From: Paragordius varius
Lineage: Eukaryota > Animalia > Nematomorpha
Direction: 5' to 3'
DNA: 64,000 bases
Assembly (NCBI GenBank): GCA_964247055.1
Contig: OZ176050.1
Coordinates: 7,564,001-7,628,000, forward strand
In this document: positions 12,633 through 26,244 of the stretch, one piece after another
Position numbering within the stretch: the first letter of the stretch is position 1
Layout of the letters: each line of letters starts with the position of its first letter
Notes under the pieces: generated by a model
Database searches by the model: none
What the model was told of the DNA's origin: nothing
Seen by the model: only the letters and a program-made list of their open reading frames with translations
Program-made: the position numbers and the translations under genes

Positions 12633-15600
12633 AAGATAAATGTTTTGACATTATTTGAATTGTATGCCTTTTGCTTTGTAAACTTTAATATAAACGTTAA
12701 AATATTTATGAATCTCTAACTCTTTTAATGTGTTACTAGGATACTTAAAATTCAAACTCGCACCTTATGTGTTTGAGTAGTTGCTGTTTTAATTTTCTAA
12801 ACCATAACTTCTCACTAACATTGTTAGCCCTGTGCAAAGGAGAGTTAAAAACTTTTAACTACTTATTAAAACAATATAATTTATTTCTCCCTTATAAATG
12901 AAAACGGAAAAAGAATATTTTACACCGTACATATTTTTATGTTAACCCAACAGCATTGAGAAAAACTATGGTTACTGCTCACCAACAAGCCTGGTGCTGG
13001 CAAGATGAATGGATAGGCCTTACCATTGATGATATACGACGCTTAGAAAGTGAAACAGCCCAAATCCTCGCAGCTAAAATGGGAACCGAAGTTAACCAGC
13101 TAGAAGAAGGCCAAACAGAACCAAACAAAGAAAATCCTGACTATTCAACTTTTCAATTCTCTGATACAAATAAAAAAAGTGCAGGTGAAAATGGTATTAT
13201 ATATCCTACCAATCAATGTCCCATACAATGCGGTGTGCCACAGGCTGAAACTACTACTGCTGCTACTTATCTTAAAAGGTTTTGTTTTTGTTTAAATATT
13301 ACTTGTAAGGTTAAGTTTATGACAAGTGAACACTGTCAAATATGTAAATATATTTTGTGATTAATTTACGGGAATAAATAATTTAAATATTATTAATATA
13401 GTTAAATATCATTAATATAGTCAATCATATATTCAATGGTTTATTTTGAAATTAAGCAATTATACTATTATCCTACATTATGATAAACAAATGTTAGAAT
13501 TTGGTTATTTAAAAAGCTATCTCACTCTTAAGAATCTATCAGACCCAAACCAAAATTTCCTTATTCTTTAGCCTTTTTACCCTTTAACCTATCGGTCAAA
13601 CATAATTGAAATTTTAAAAACTTTATTGATAATTTTTAGACAATCGTTTTCAACCATAGGCTCTCCTAATGCCGATAGAAGCAGTCTTTTAATGTCCAAA
13701 GTTCCTTCCTTGATAGAACTTTTGGGAACCGAAGATCCAGCTTTGCAAATGACGCCAACAAAATCAAACACACAATATGAGTTAACGCATAATTTTGAGG
13801 ATCCGGACGAAAAGGGTTATCAATCAGACAGTGAAGGTATGAGATAATCATATGTTATTAATTTGGATTAAAAGTATTACCGTATGAATATTATTTTGGT
13901 CGTTTTTTAGTAAATATACCATTTACACATCAAATTCACCCCCGAAAAATTTAATTTTGCCCCTTAGTTTTGACATTTTTAAAAAATGAAACATATTACT
14001 ATACACAATATAATAAACTATGCCACTAAAAATATTTTATACAATAATGAATTACATAAGCCCAAAAACACATAAATTTGAAGTGTTTGGGGGTGAATTT
14101 GAGGTTTAAATGGTATATTGCCAGGTATTATTAACAAAAAAGAGAAATATGTTTTATTATTTTTTATAAAATTAGGTAGTGATCAAACGGGAGACGAATC
14201 TCTTTTCTACGATGCCATGGATGATTATAGTCCACAATCCAAAATATCAAATGGTTTATTGCTTAATTACATTTATATTTTTTTTAAATATAAAATAATT
14301 TTGCTAATTCTAATTATTTTTTTGTTTTAATATGGATTTAGAATCCCATGATCTCTCTTTTCCAAAGATGTTAATTATTGTGATGCATGGTGGCAATTTT
14401 TTGGATGATCTGCGAAATTCTACCATCGATGATTTGCGTAAAAATGATATAGCCACGTTTCAAATGAAATTTTTTAAAGGTATGCTTTATTTTTTTTAAC
14501 TAAAATATCCCATATAAATTTTTAACAGAGAAGGTAAAAATGAAAAATTTATTTGAAAAATACTGGCATATTTGTGTTATGTTTAGTAAATATCTAGCCG
14601 ATATGTACATATTTTGATGAAAATGCCGTAACAAATAATCTAATCAAAGATTGTAATCCTTTTTATTCAAGCATTGCTAATGGGATATTGTAACTTTTTA
14701 AAATTATATGACCGTAAGAAACCAATTTATGGCAATATTAACAACGCATACTTTGAAATTATTTTCGCTATCAAAGTACGTCGTTTGCCAATAAAAATCT
14801 CCAAGTAATAAATAAACTTTAATCCAGGTTAACAAATTATATTAATCTTTAAAATTTCTCTCCTCTTAATTTTCTCGTTTGCCTTTCATATGAAACCGAA
14901 AAATATACACGGCGTTTTATGAACTACATTTATAAAGACTGTATCATAATTATTTGGCCATTTAACAACCAAAAATCACAATTAAAATGAATTAATATAC
15001 CTCTTAATTAATAACCTTTTTCTCATGATACATTTTGGCCACCTACATGCTAAAATATATTATAAAATCACTAGATGTCTATTTCAGTTACTCTTATATG
15101 TTCAACAAATGATCAATGCTTACCCAAATATAATCCTTGATTTTTTAAGCAAATATACTAATATTTTTATTTATGCTGTCCCATTATGTTTTATGTTAAC
15201 TTGAAATAATTTATTATTATAATTTCTTTAATATCGTATTAGTTTTGAATGAACGCTTTCATGAAACAGTAGCTAACAATGTGAGCTTTGAACCAATATA
15301 CCTAAATGATTGCTATTGGGATGTTTTACAATGTGTCAAAAGGTTAAATATTTTTTAAAATAATTTTAAACTCTGTATACGCTTGAATACATAATAGTTA
15401 AAATCTGGAATCAATAAAACGGACAAAAACTATATGTGCAAATTATAAAATTATTTTGGGATATATTTTAATGCTAGTTTTAAGCAATTCAAAATAAAAT
15501 ATAATTGGAATAATTATAATTTTTATTAATTTTTTTCGTGTTATATAGTTGATAATAGATGATCCTTATTATTTTTATTAAAAAAATCTCAACGTGCTAG

Positions 15601-18600
15601 TATAATTTCCATTAATCCGATAAAAATAATATTTTTGTATGGAAAATAATGTAAAAAATTTAACAAAATCTGAACAACAATTTTATGCACCGATTATATT
15701 TTTGTCTTTCAATATATAGCTTACGACCCAATGGATATTACGGAAATCTAAAAAGCATAAATCTTACACCCCTACAGTCAGTAGATGTGAACAATGGTAA
15801 TTGTAATGATAAAAATTTGGAATGCGATATTCCAATCGCTGCATTGCCATTATTAATTTATAATAATCAAGGAATGTACGAAAATGGGTTTGACGACAAT
15901 TTCGTTTCCAAACTGAAAGAAACCATCAATAATTATCCAAAACATCAGGTTTTTACTTGTTTCAAAGCGTTTTCTTTTTACCCATAGCTACACTTATAAG
16001 GATCAATTTTAGTGATAACAAAAATTTTCCCAATAATAAATACCTAAATAATACATTTAAAACTTAAATTCACCTCACTTATTTTAAATGAATTCATTTT
16101 ATCAAATTTTATGAGAGAAAATTTCAAATCTAAAATCACTAAAAAAATCCCTTTTGTATATTTTTGTTTTTTTGGGGGGGAGGGGGGAATGCGAATTATT
16201 TTTTGCGCAAATTTATTTTTTGTATGAATATCTTTATATATATAATTTAAGGTGATTTTGGTAACCGATTCCGTTGCATCAACCGTTCTTATGAATCTCA
16301 TATGTTCGATCTCAAATCACTCCTATCAATCTCCAAAATATAAAACTTTTTTATCCGATATGAAACATATAATGCGACAAATATCACACATATTTTGTTT
16401 GGGGAGTCCAATGGCATTACCACTTTATTACAATATATCAACTTTAAATAAATCTTCCGATTTAAACCATGTTAAAAAAGACAAAGAAATACACAGAATT
16501 AGTTATGTCTTTAAAGAAATTTTTTCACAAACTAAGCTACATAACATGTTTTATGAAACGGATCCATTTGCGTTCAGGATGGAACCGTTGATAAATGAGC
16601 TTTTTGCATACATATCTCCCGTGATAGTCGAAAATTTCTTGAATGAGCACCAGAATTTACCCCATCTTTCGCTCGCCAAAAATGATCAAATAGCATCTCA
16701 GAACCAATCATCCTCCACAACGTTGGGTAAGTTTCTTTATTTTAATATGTAAAATCGTATAATTATCTCATATTTTATATAATTTTATTATAGAAAACAC
16801 TATAAAATCTAACATGATTTTGATACAAAACATCGATCTCAATTTTCCCCATATACTTTCATCGTTTTACACAAAACCAAAGCTTAATGTAAATTTGGAT
16901 GACGAACTGGTTTCCGCAGGTATAATTATAGTTTCTTGTCTTTTATTTTGTTGAAAAAATCAAATTTCAAATTTTGTAATGATTTTATTTTTTTAAAAGC
17001 TAACATTCTTATTAATATTTTAATTTGTGATCATTTTTAGTAAAAAATACATTTATGTTATTAGTCGAAACGAGTTGGTGGACATCACCTTCTCGCATAG
17101 ATTATGTGCTAAAATCCTATCCTGTGAATCTTAATGCTTCCCATTTCCCTGTCTCCATTCTTCCACACATTTTTTATGCCGGATATTGGCAAAGTCGTTC
17201 CATCGTTGAATATATCATATGTGTGGCCATAAGTCCATACATTTCAAACGCTCTTTTTATTAAACCGCGACAGACATCAAAAATAATGTTGGGCAAAAAA
17301 ACTTCCTTATTATCATCATCATCATCATCGCATAACAGGTTTAGTGTGAGTACGTTAAATTCAAAACGCACTTCGGCATTCCTTAAAAATTATTATAAGC
17401 AGCATAAAAAAGAGGATGTAAATGATAAAAATACATTTATCCCAAATTATTACGCCAATAATTCTGAAAGTTTTACCAAAGTTAAAACACCAAAGAGCGG
17501 AAGACCTGGAATCCTAAGTAAAACATTGACCAAAGATTATCTCAATATTCAGCCCAGGTCTACTTTGCGATTCAAACCGAGTTGGACACGTACAAAAACA
17601 AGCTTAATCCAATCTAAGGTAACTACGCTTCTTTTAAGTTGGTTATTTAATTTAAATTGTTAAATGAGTGCAGATGGTTTATTAAAATTATTTAGCTTTT
17701 AAACACGAGTCAATAAATAAAAGCTCCAGTTGATTGCATTTTCATTAACTTTATTATAGATATTTTAGCGATTTTATATACAGTAACCCATGGAGTTTAA
17801 TATAATTTGCTTAAAGATGATAACATAATTTTAATAATAAAGTAGAAACATCTTCAAATTTTGTATTTTTTATTTGTTAAAATATAAAGTATCCATAATG
17901 ACATGTATAGAGTATCAGTACTAATCACCGGGCCAATGACGTTATTGTAAATCCTGATATGACACAAACATTGATAGCTAAATTTTCTTATGGGCCATTG
18001 GATGTTTTTACGTTGGAAGGCGAAAAAGTGGATATCTACTTTCAAAGGGATGAAATTATGAATACAATCTACAAAAATATTTGGCTCAATAAACAACAAC
18101 AACACATGGATGATAATTATAAAGATGAAAAAACAATCAAAATAAACGGTAATCCACAAAGTGTGGAAACAATTCCGAAATCAGAACAAGATGAATGGAC
18201 CTATTTAGCTAGCTCTTATACTGATACTCATGGCCGTATCATATACGATATACCAAATGCTTTAAAGCTTCCCGAAGGAATATGGAAAATTAAAATGGTC
18301 ATACGGTAAAGAAATCTATATGTTTCGTTAATTTCATATTTTGACGTTAAAATTTTTAAAATAAATACTATTTTATTTGGCGACTTAAGGTACGCGGAAA
18401 TCTGGATTTTATACTTTATAAACATATTTTATTTATACATAGATATATAAATTTTTCATAGTAATTTACTACATATATTACGCCCGCGAATTAGAAAACC
18501 AATACAACAAGCAGATGAAATTACTCCAGCCGAAGGTGTCTATAACGAAAATATTTTGTACAAACCACAAAAAGATGACAAATTGAATTTTCATTCACGT

Positions 18601-21600
18601 TTAACAAAGCGTTCTTCCTCTATCATACCTGTGATAATACCTGAAGAAGATCATAATATACATGATCCAGAGATGGACTCTCAAGGCGACATGAATGCTC
18701 GAAAGGAATATTTGACGCTTAAAACGCTCAGCAAAAATGGTCAATTTTTACATTTTTTAATAATCTTGTGTATCTCAAATTTTGAATCGAGTTCACCTAA
18801 AAAGATATATTTGTTATTTTATATATAAAACATTTAACTTATAGGCAATTTGTCGGTATTATATTACCAATTATATATTAATGGGCTCATATTATTATCA
18901 GATCCCATCAATTCAAATCATCAACGGGGCCGAGTTTCATCTTCCAAAGATGAAGGCAATCAAAAATTGGTAAACATTTATAACGATAATAATAATAATT
19001 ACAACACGACCACCTTGAATGATGAACATTTCGTTATTTTCAATTGCGCTGTCGTTGCACCCTGGACCCCGATTATCGTATTTAGTATAGATGGTGCATT
19101 TACCGATAATATAAGTCTCACGGGCAAAGATCCCAAACTCAAACCGGGTGCCATTGATTTAGCCCGACTGTATGTACAGGAAAGGGGATGTTTAGTCCTT
19201 TACCTAACCGCTAGACCAACTTACCAAATGAATAATGTGATGGAATGGTTAGCACTTCGACACTTCCCACGCACTGTACTAATCCATTTTGCTGACCATG
19301 GTGTGGATGAAACATTACGGAAAAAGCTTACAAAAGATGAGGAATCGGATAATAATTATAAGCAAACGATTGGACGAAAATTGGCCCGTCAAAGTTTGGA
19401 TGGTAAAAAGATAGTTTTTGTTTGTTAGTTTACATAGCTGTGTTTTATAAAGTATTGTACATTTGGACCCATTTTATTTTTTTCTTATGGAATTATATAT
19501 GTGAGAAGGGATTTATTGAATTGATGTCTATTTTTTTGAAAACCGTCTAATAATATCATTATGATAGTATTCATCATATCTTTTACTTTATTACTTCAAA
19601 ACAGTTTATTAAATTTAATAAATAATTATTATGGCTTTGTATAAATTCATATCCTCTATAATGTTTAACATACAAATATTATTCTTTGCAGACATCTCAT
19701 CTCAGATTGATGATATATCCCATGATAATTCAATCAAATCATCGTCGAATGTGTTGGCTGACAAAAATGGCCAATCCGGATTCACAAAATTAATAAAATC
19801 TGTATGCCAACAATATAAAAAAATTAATATATAATTTTAATTATTCCATGTATAGTGTTTTTTATGTGTTTGTTTAGGCTTATTCATCTCCACTTAAGCA
19901 TAGCCTAAGTTCTGCTAGTAAATCTTCAGTAAGGCCTGATGATACATCTCTCTTTTCACAAAGTATAGTCGGAATGAAGGATAAAGCTAATTTTCTGGCT
20001 TATTTAGTCGAACAGGTTTTTTATTTTTATAAAAATGCACATTTTTTGCGGGAAAAATACTTTCTTTTGGCTTTAAGGTCATATACATACCATTTATAAT
20101 TCAAATTCACCCTAAAAATATATTATGTTTTCGGCTTATCATTAATATGAAGTATATTTCTACCACATAGTTTATTATTTTTTCAGCATTATATTAATTT
20201 TAAACAAATTTAAAAATATCAAAAATAAGGATAATTTTTAATCTTAAAAAACACATAATTTTTTAGGGTAAATTCGCATTGTTCAAGGGTGAAAAGTTGA
20301 ATTGTGCAAATATAAATTTGAACTGTAAATAGTGTATTAAAACCAAATATTATTTAACATAAAAATTTATTTTGAGATAAGAATCAAATAATTAGTTTGT
20401 TTACAATTTTCAAACTGAATTTTGAACTAAATTTATAATAAAACACATTTTTTATGGAGATAAATATATATAAATATATGTGTGTAGAAAAAATATATTA
20501 TATAATTACGTAAGCATAAATTTTTTTTATTTATTTAAATGATGGATAATATATGCCTTGACCATTACTTTATATTTAATGCTATTTAAGATAAATTCTT
20601 ATATGCGTATAGGTTGGTGTTCACATAACTGTTGCTTATGGTTCTTCCAAAGATATACCAATTTATTGTGCACTAACCAAACCGCCTGAACGAATATACA
20701 GTTTAAGTAAATTATCCAGAAAATATCAGGGAAAAGCTGTGGTATATTTTACAAATGATAACTTTTCTTCATTAATTTTTTGTGAAGCAATATTATACAG
20801 TTTCCTCAAATAGTTTTTATCTCACGGATACCCTCAACATATCAGCGAGTTGCGTCAGGATTATGCTAATGCTATTATCCCGAAAAAAATATCACTCGAG
20901 AGTGCAAACGTGACACAAGTTATTTAAATTATATTTTATGATTAACTTTGCAAAGCAATGTAAAAATATCCACTTCATTGGTTTCGTCATGATTATTATT
21001 TTGCTGCAGGTTGGGGAATGTTTATAAATGTAAATGTCATTGATCGAGTATTGGATAATTAAAGAGTAATATACACTTGTAATAATGGTACAACGAAGAA
21101 AAAGTTATCCATTAATTCCACAACATTTAAAATACCTATTTAAACAATTTTGTAGGAATATTTTTTAATTTTAAAGTATAGACAGAATATCGACTTGGAT
21201 TACATCTGATTTTTGTATTACTAATTTTATTTTTTCCCTATACTTATTCAATTATTAGTAGGTATTACGTTGTTTTGTGGTCCTCGCTTAAAAACTTAAG
21301 ATAAATGCATTTTTACAGTCAGTAATCGACTTACCAGATAAACTTTATTGAATTAGAAATGTTTCGGAATGAAAAAATAAAAAGGAAAAAAAATATTATA
21401 AAAAAATTTCTTATTTTTACCTATGAGAATAAATTTAATTATCGATTTAAATTGTATTATTTTATATACATATAGTGGTATAATCATAAAGGAAGTTTCA
21501 AAGGTTCAAATTCATACAAAAGGGAAAACGTATATGCGGGAGGTGAGTCCCAATTTTCCGCCAATTTCAATAGCCTACCGCGAACAATCGAAAATCCCGA

Positions 21601-21712
21601 CATTAGCAATCAAGTTCAAACGGAATCTTTTGTGCCTAATAGATCAGAAGGGACCAAATCTTCCAATATCGATAATCGAAAATTAAGTTTTGGCCGCATA
21701 TTTAAACGCTAA
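9128..21712 (+). CDS. PITPNM: Membrane-associated phosphatidylinositol transfer protein (PITPNM/RdgB-alpha/Nir): PITP, FFAT, DDHD and LNS2 domains
   Basis: Exons: 9128-9205, 9393-9537, 11246-11449, 12030-(12142 or 12220), 12469-12571, 12954-13278, 13640-13836, 14176-14253, 14342-14479, 15243-15342, 15720-15948, 16252-16726, 16794-16919, 17065-17618, 17911-18305, 18462-18739, 18902-19402, 19692-19801, 19878-20015, 20613-20741, 20814-20918 (or stop at 20927), 21476-21712. All GT-AG and phase-consistent. Motifs: MLIKEYRIPMPLSVEEYRVAQLYMIQKKSR, WNAYPYTKTRY, MCAYKLC, AWCWQDEW, FFAT-like SLFYDAMD, DDHD FCLGSP / DPFAFRMEPL / RIDY, LNS2 VFSIDGAFT. Confidence 0.93.
13913..14119. mobile_element. MITE of about 207 bp in a PITPNM intron
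   Basis: TIRs of about 31 bp: AATATACCATTTACACATCAAATTCACCCCC and GGGGGTGAATTTGAGGTTTAAATGGTATATT. A related decayed copy lies at about 20090-20290. Confidence 0.7.
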
Positions 21713-22039
21713 AATATAATTATTATTATTTTTATATATAGAAGTAAGAAATGGTGTTTAAAAATTAGTCTAAATGCGTGCAATATTGAAAAGCTTTATC
21801 AGTCTATTATTTATATTATTGTATGTTTATACCTAGTTAATTATATGTATCCTAATATTCAATACTCATTTCTATTATTATACCTATACCATAAAAGGTA
21901 AAATGTATCAATAAATAGTAATTATTATAATTTATTCTACAACATAAAGATAAAGTAACTTATAATAGGTAATGAATTATCACATAAAATTTGGTTTTTC
22001 GTGAAAAAAACTAAAAAAAATTTTGTAAATATTTATATT

Positions 22040-23755
22040 TCAATTTGAATCTTGTTTTTTCCATTCTACACATTTCGGACAACAATAAGGATAGAGAGCT
22101 GTACGATTCGTCTCTATTTTCTCACAATCGATTAACTTTGGTCCACATCTATTATTGTTATATAATTTTTTAGATTATTTTAGATGGCTAGTTGCATATT
22201 GTATGCAATAATTCCGTTTAGTTCAATTGATATTTTGTATATGAGTAAAATAATCATTTTTATATGCTAGAAAAGGATTCAAGTTAATCTTTTTATATTT
22301 ATATTAGTTAGTAGTTTTTTTTACTGGATAATTAAACAATAATCCAAATATTGGTTATTAGATTATATAAATTTTAAACGAAATAAATTTTAAACGTTTT
22401 TTGACTATAATCTAAACATTATATGATTATGTTTTAGTTAAAACCGAGTTTATTTAAGGTTGATGGATCAATCAATGTTAAATTTAAAGAACATTTAAGT
22501 TAATAAAGATACGTATATATGGTTAAAAGAGGATAAGTTTTGGGTCCACATTCGGCTCTTAAACAATCTGGTAGATATGCGGTCTCATTTGCGCCAATCG
22601 TCCAATTCAAATAATGACATTCAATGTCTATTAAAATTTAAATGTTTAACATTTACACTTGAAATTGACCCTCAAACGTAAATATATCCTTTCTTATGTT
22701 TTAATCAAATTATTAATTTTTAGCACAGTTTTTATTTTTTTCTGTTTTAACACATCCATCCAATTATATAGAAAAAGTGTTTTTTTGATTTAAAATACCA
22801 TAAAATAAATTTTGATAAATTTTGTCAGAAGAAAATTCAAGTAATATTTAGCTTATATTATAAATTGATTACGTTTTATATTAAAAATTATATCCACTCA
22901 GGTTTATGTGTATATATAAAGTGAGTAAGGAGTATTACGGGCTAGGATATAGGAGCGTGGGAATCCTTTCATAGGTTAATTTTATTTTTGTTTTTTAGCA
23001 ATAGAATTTAAAATAACATTTTCGCTATTGAAAATTTATCGGATAATTATTTAAAATAATAATTCATATTTTTAAAACAATTTATCTTATTTTATTCAAT
23101 CATAAAATATCATAAAAATAATGCTTGATTTTAAGAAAGAATTCAATCGCAAAATGAAATGATAGATATTAGAAAAATTGAAGAGTTTTAAAAATGATTT
23201 TTGTTTACGCCATTAATATAATTGGATTTACGAAACATAAAATATGACTTGTTGGTTGGTTGAATATTTTATGTTATAACATTAATACAAATACCATTTC
23301 TATGAAATATAGAATGTGTCCTCATTGTTCGCGACACTTTTTATTCATAATTAATTATGCCTAGTAAATTTCAATACTTTATATAAAAGAAAGTCAATCT
23401 TTAAAAATTTTCTGATTAATTCTAAAGAACCTCCACAGTCAATTCTAAAATTGGGTATGTTATAATAACCATTAAAGAATTAATCGGATTTTACAATTAT
23501 AATTATATACAATATGGCTAAAATATAAAAAAGTAAAAAAATTAACTAAAAGTCAATACTTCTGTTGTTGCTATTTGGCAATAATATATAACTTTCCAAC
23601 AATGTCTTTACAGTTTATTTGAATTAAACTTACTTTAAACATAAAAATGTAATTATACCATTCGAGCTAGGTTGAATACTAATCACTGCCATATTAACGC
23701 TCATTATTATGCAAAGGAATAATAACCAAGAATAGAGGATTGAGTTTGAATTCAT
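22040..23755 (-). CDS. Secreted single-VWC (SVWC-like) protein A, 106 aa, 8 Cys in the mature chain
   Basis: Exons 23755-23659, 22627-22513, 22148-22040 (intron phases 1 and 2). Protein MNSNSILYSWLLFLCIIMSVNMAVISIQPSSNDIECHYLNWTIGANETAYLPDCLRAECGPKTYPLLTIYTCGPKLIDCEKIETNRTALYPYCCPKCVEWKKQDSN*. Hydrophobic leader, C-x4-C and YPxCCPxC motifs. Confidence 0.85.
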
Positions 23756-24209
23756 TTTTTAATGAATGTGAATGATAATGAAAAAATAATAATGGATAAA
23801 AGGCAAGATATCATTTGGCTTAAATATCGCATAACTAACACGTGCGAAAGTTTTCGCATAATAATAACATCATAGATAGCAACAATAAACCCGCTTGTCA
23901 AAGAGTGACAGAAATGAGTCATGTAAATTTTATTTTAAACGGAAACGAATTCAACTTTACATAAGTTTTTTAATATTATATATAATATTTATATATATAA
24001 ATATATATCTATTATATATTTATAGTGCCCTAGGTTATTTTACTCTGGGTACATTCCATTGCGTTTTAATTGCGCTCAATGTTAATGTGATGAAATAAAA
24101 TTGTAAGAATGTGCAATAGTTACATTTTATTCTTAAACGTAGCAGTTTTGATTATATTTAAGCTTTCAAATCTTATTTCTTAAATTTATGATTTTAATAA
24201 TTATAGTTT

Positions 24210-26056
24210 CAGTGGTACTCAAACCGCGGCCCGCGGCCCGACTAAGAGTACTTTAAAATTGCCCTATGACCATATTGATACTTAAATTATTTTTTTTATT
24301 GATGAATTTTTAAAATACACATAAAAATTTTCGCTTATTTTAATATTATTTTCTTTGGATTTAATTTTGGCACAATTTGAGAAGTAAAATTCCCTACATT
24401 AAAGTGATTATAAAATTTTGGCACACGTTGTTTCTGTTTCTATGTTCTATTTTCTTTTCTATTTTGAAATTTTTATTTCATTCCTTTTTTGTATTTAAGC
24501 CAGCCTTTGAGTCAAACTTGCATATACCTATCTTTTCATGCTATCCTGCACCATTTTTTATAACTCATTCCCATAAAATGTTTTTCAAATCAACATCATT
24601 AAATTTCGACCTGTTTTTTTATAGCATAATTCAAATTGTATTCCTTTTTTAAAAAAAAATTACATAATATTTAAACATAATTCAAAGGATGACATCTAAT
24701 GCTAAAAAACGTAACTTATCCGATGAAAATGGCTCCTTTAAAAAGGAATTGGAATAAAAAAAATTGCCGTTTGCCTTATATGTAAGGACAACATAATAAA
24801 AAAATACATTGAAAGATATTTTTCAATCCATCATTCTCATAAATTACCAGAAAATCATGAGGAAAGAAACGAAATATATAAAAATAATACCAGAAAGAAA
24901 AATCTATTACCAGAAAAATGTTTTAACATTAGTATCGTATGAAATTTTCGCTATTTAGGAAAAAATTGAAACCGTTTTCTGATACCCAAATAAAAGAATC
25001 TTTAATAAATGGTTGCACTTTTTTATTTGATAAATTCCATAATGATCAAATAATGAGGCAAATTTGAAAAACTTCAACTTTCTGATTCAATATTTGCTCG
25101 ACGCATTGAAGATATATTTAATTATTTTTTTAACAATACGTTATTGTCTGTGAAAAACTGCAATTTCAAGTTTGTTATTGATTCTAGCGCTGATATTAGT
25201 TCAACACCCCAATGTGTGCTCTTTGTGAGATTTTGCAACGACATAATCAACGAGGAATATATAAAATTTTTACCAATGAATAATACCACTAAAGGAAGTG
25301 ATTTTCTTGTAATTGGCACTTTTTTTATAATAATGGTATATCTATGAAAAAAATGGTTTCCTGCAAAGATGGCTGGCCCTCTATGATTGAAATAAACATA
25401 GGATTTATTCCTCTTTTAAAAAGCAAATATAATTTGCAGAATATTTTATCCCCTCACTGCTTTATTCATCAGTAAAACTTGGTTTCGCCTGTAAAAGAAT
25501 CATTCAATTCAATAGTTAAAACGGTTTTGGATATAGTTAGCCACATCCGTGGCAGAGAATTCAACCGCCGTAAACTCGAAAACCTTCTGAAAGACATCCA
25601 CAGTGAGTTTGATATTATTTGTGCACCGCTGTGAGATGGCTAGGCCTTAGTAAAGTATTTATCTTTTATTTTAAGACATGAAATTTCATTATTTATAAAA
25701 GATAATAGAAAGCTTTACGAATGAAGTATGCCAAGAATACATGCAGAAATTGCTTAACTGATGATCATATGGACTACGTATTAGATTGGCCTGTCATGAG
25801 TCGAAACCAAATTTGTCAAAAATTGGTTAATATCAAAATAAATGTTATGAAATGTTTTAATTTTTTAAACTAAATGGTGTAAAAGGAATTAACTGGATTT
25901 ACATAAATGCGATCCGCAAAAAATATTGTGCTGATTTAGATAAATATGTGCATATATGTCAAATAGCTATGGAATATTTTCCATTATAAGGTTCATGGCC
26001 CTCTAAAAAAAAATATATTTTATTTGGCCCGTCAAATTTTTTGGTGAGTACCACTG
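24210..26056 (+). mobile_element. Decayed hAT transposon of the Buster/SPIN/Charlie (GTF2IRD2-like transposase) group
   Basis: Perfect 12-bp TIRs CAGTGGTACTCA / TGAGTACCACTG with GCGGCCCGC subterminal motifs. Fragmented transposase: MTSNAKKRNLSDEN...AVCLIC, FVIDSSADISSTPQCVLFVRF (LDESTD-type), NTTKGSDF, HCFIHQ, TAVRWL. No clear TSD. Confidence 0.85.
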
Positions 26057-26198
26057 GCTTAGCTTTTCGCCGGGTGCTTATATAATAAATTAATTATATT
26101 GTAAATATAATTATGTATATTTTAATCAACATTGATTATTAATTATCTGAGCTCAAAAAGCTATGGTATTGAAGAAGAAAGGAATAACCGATTTGGAA

Positions 26199-26244
<46 letters not shown>

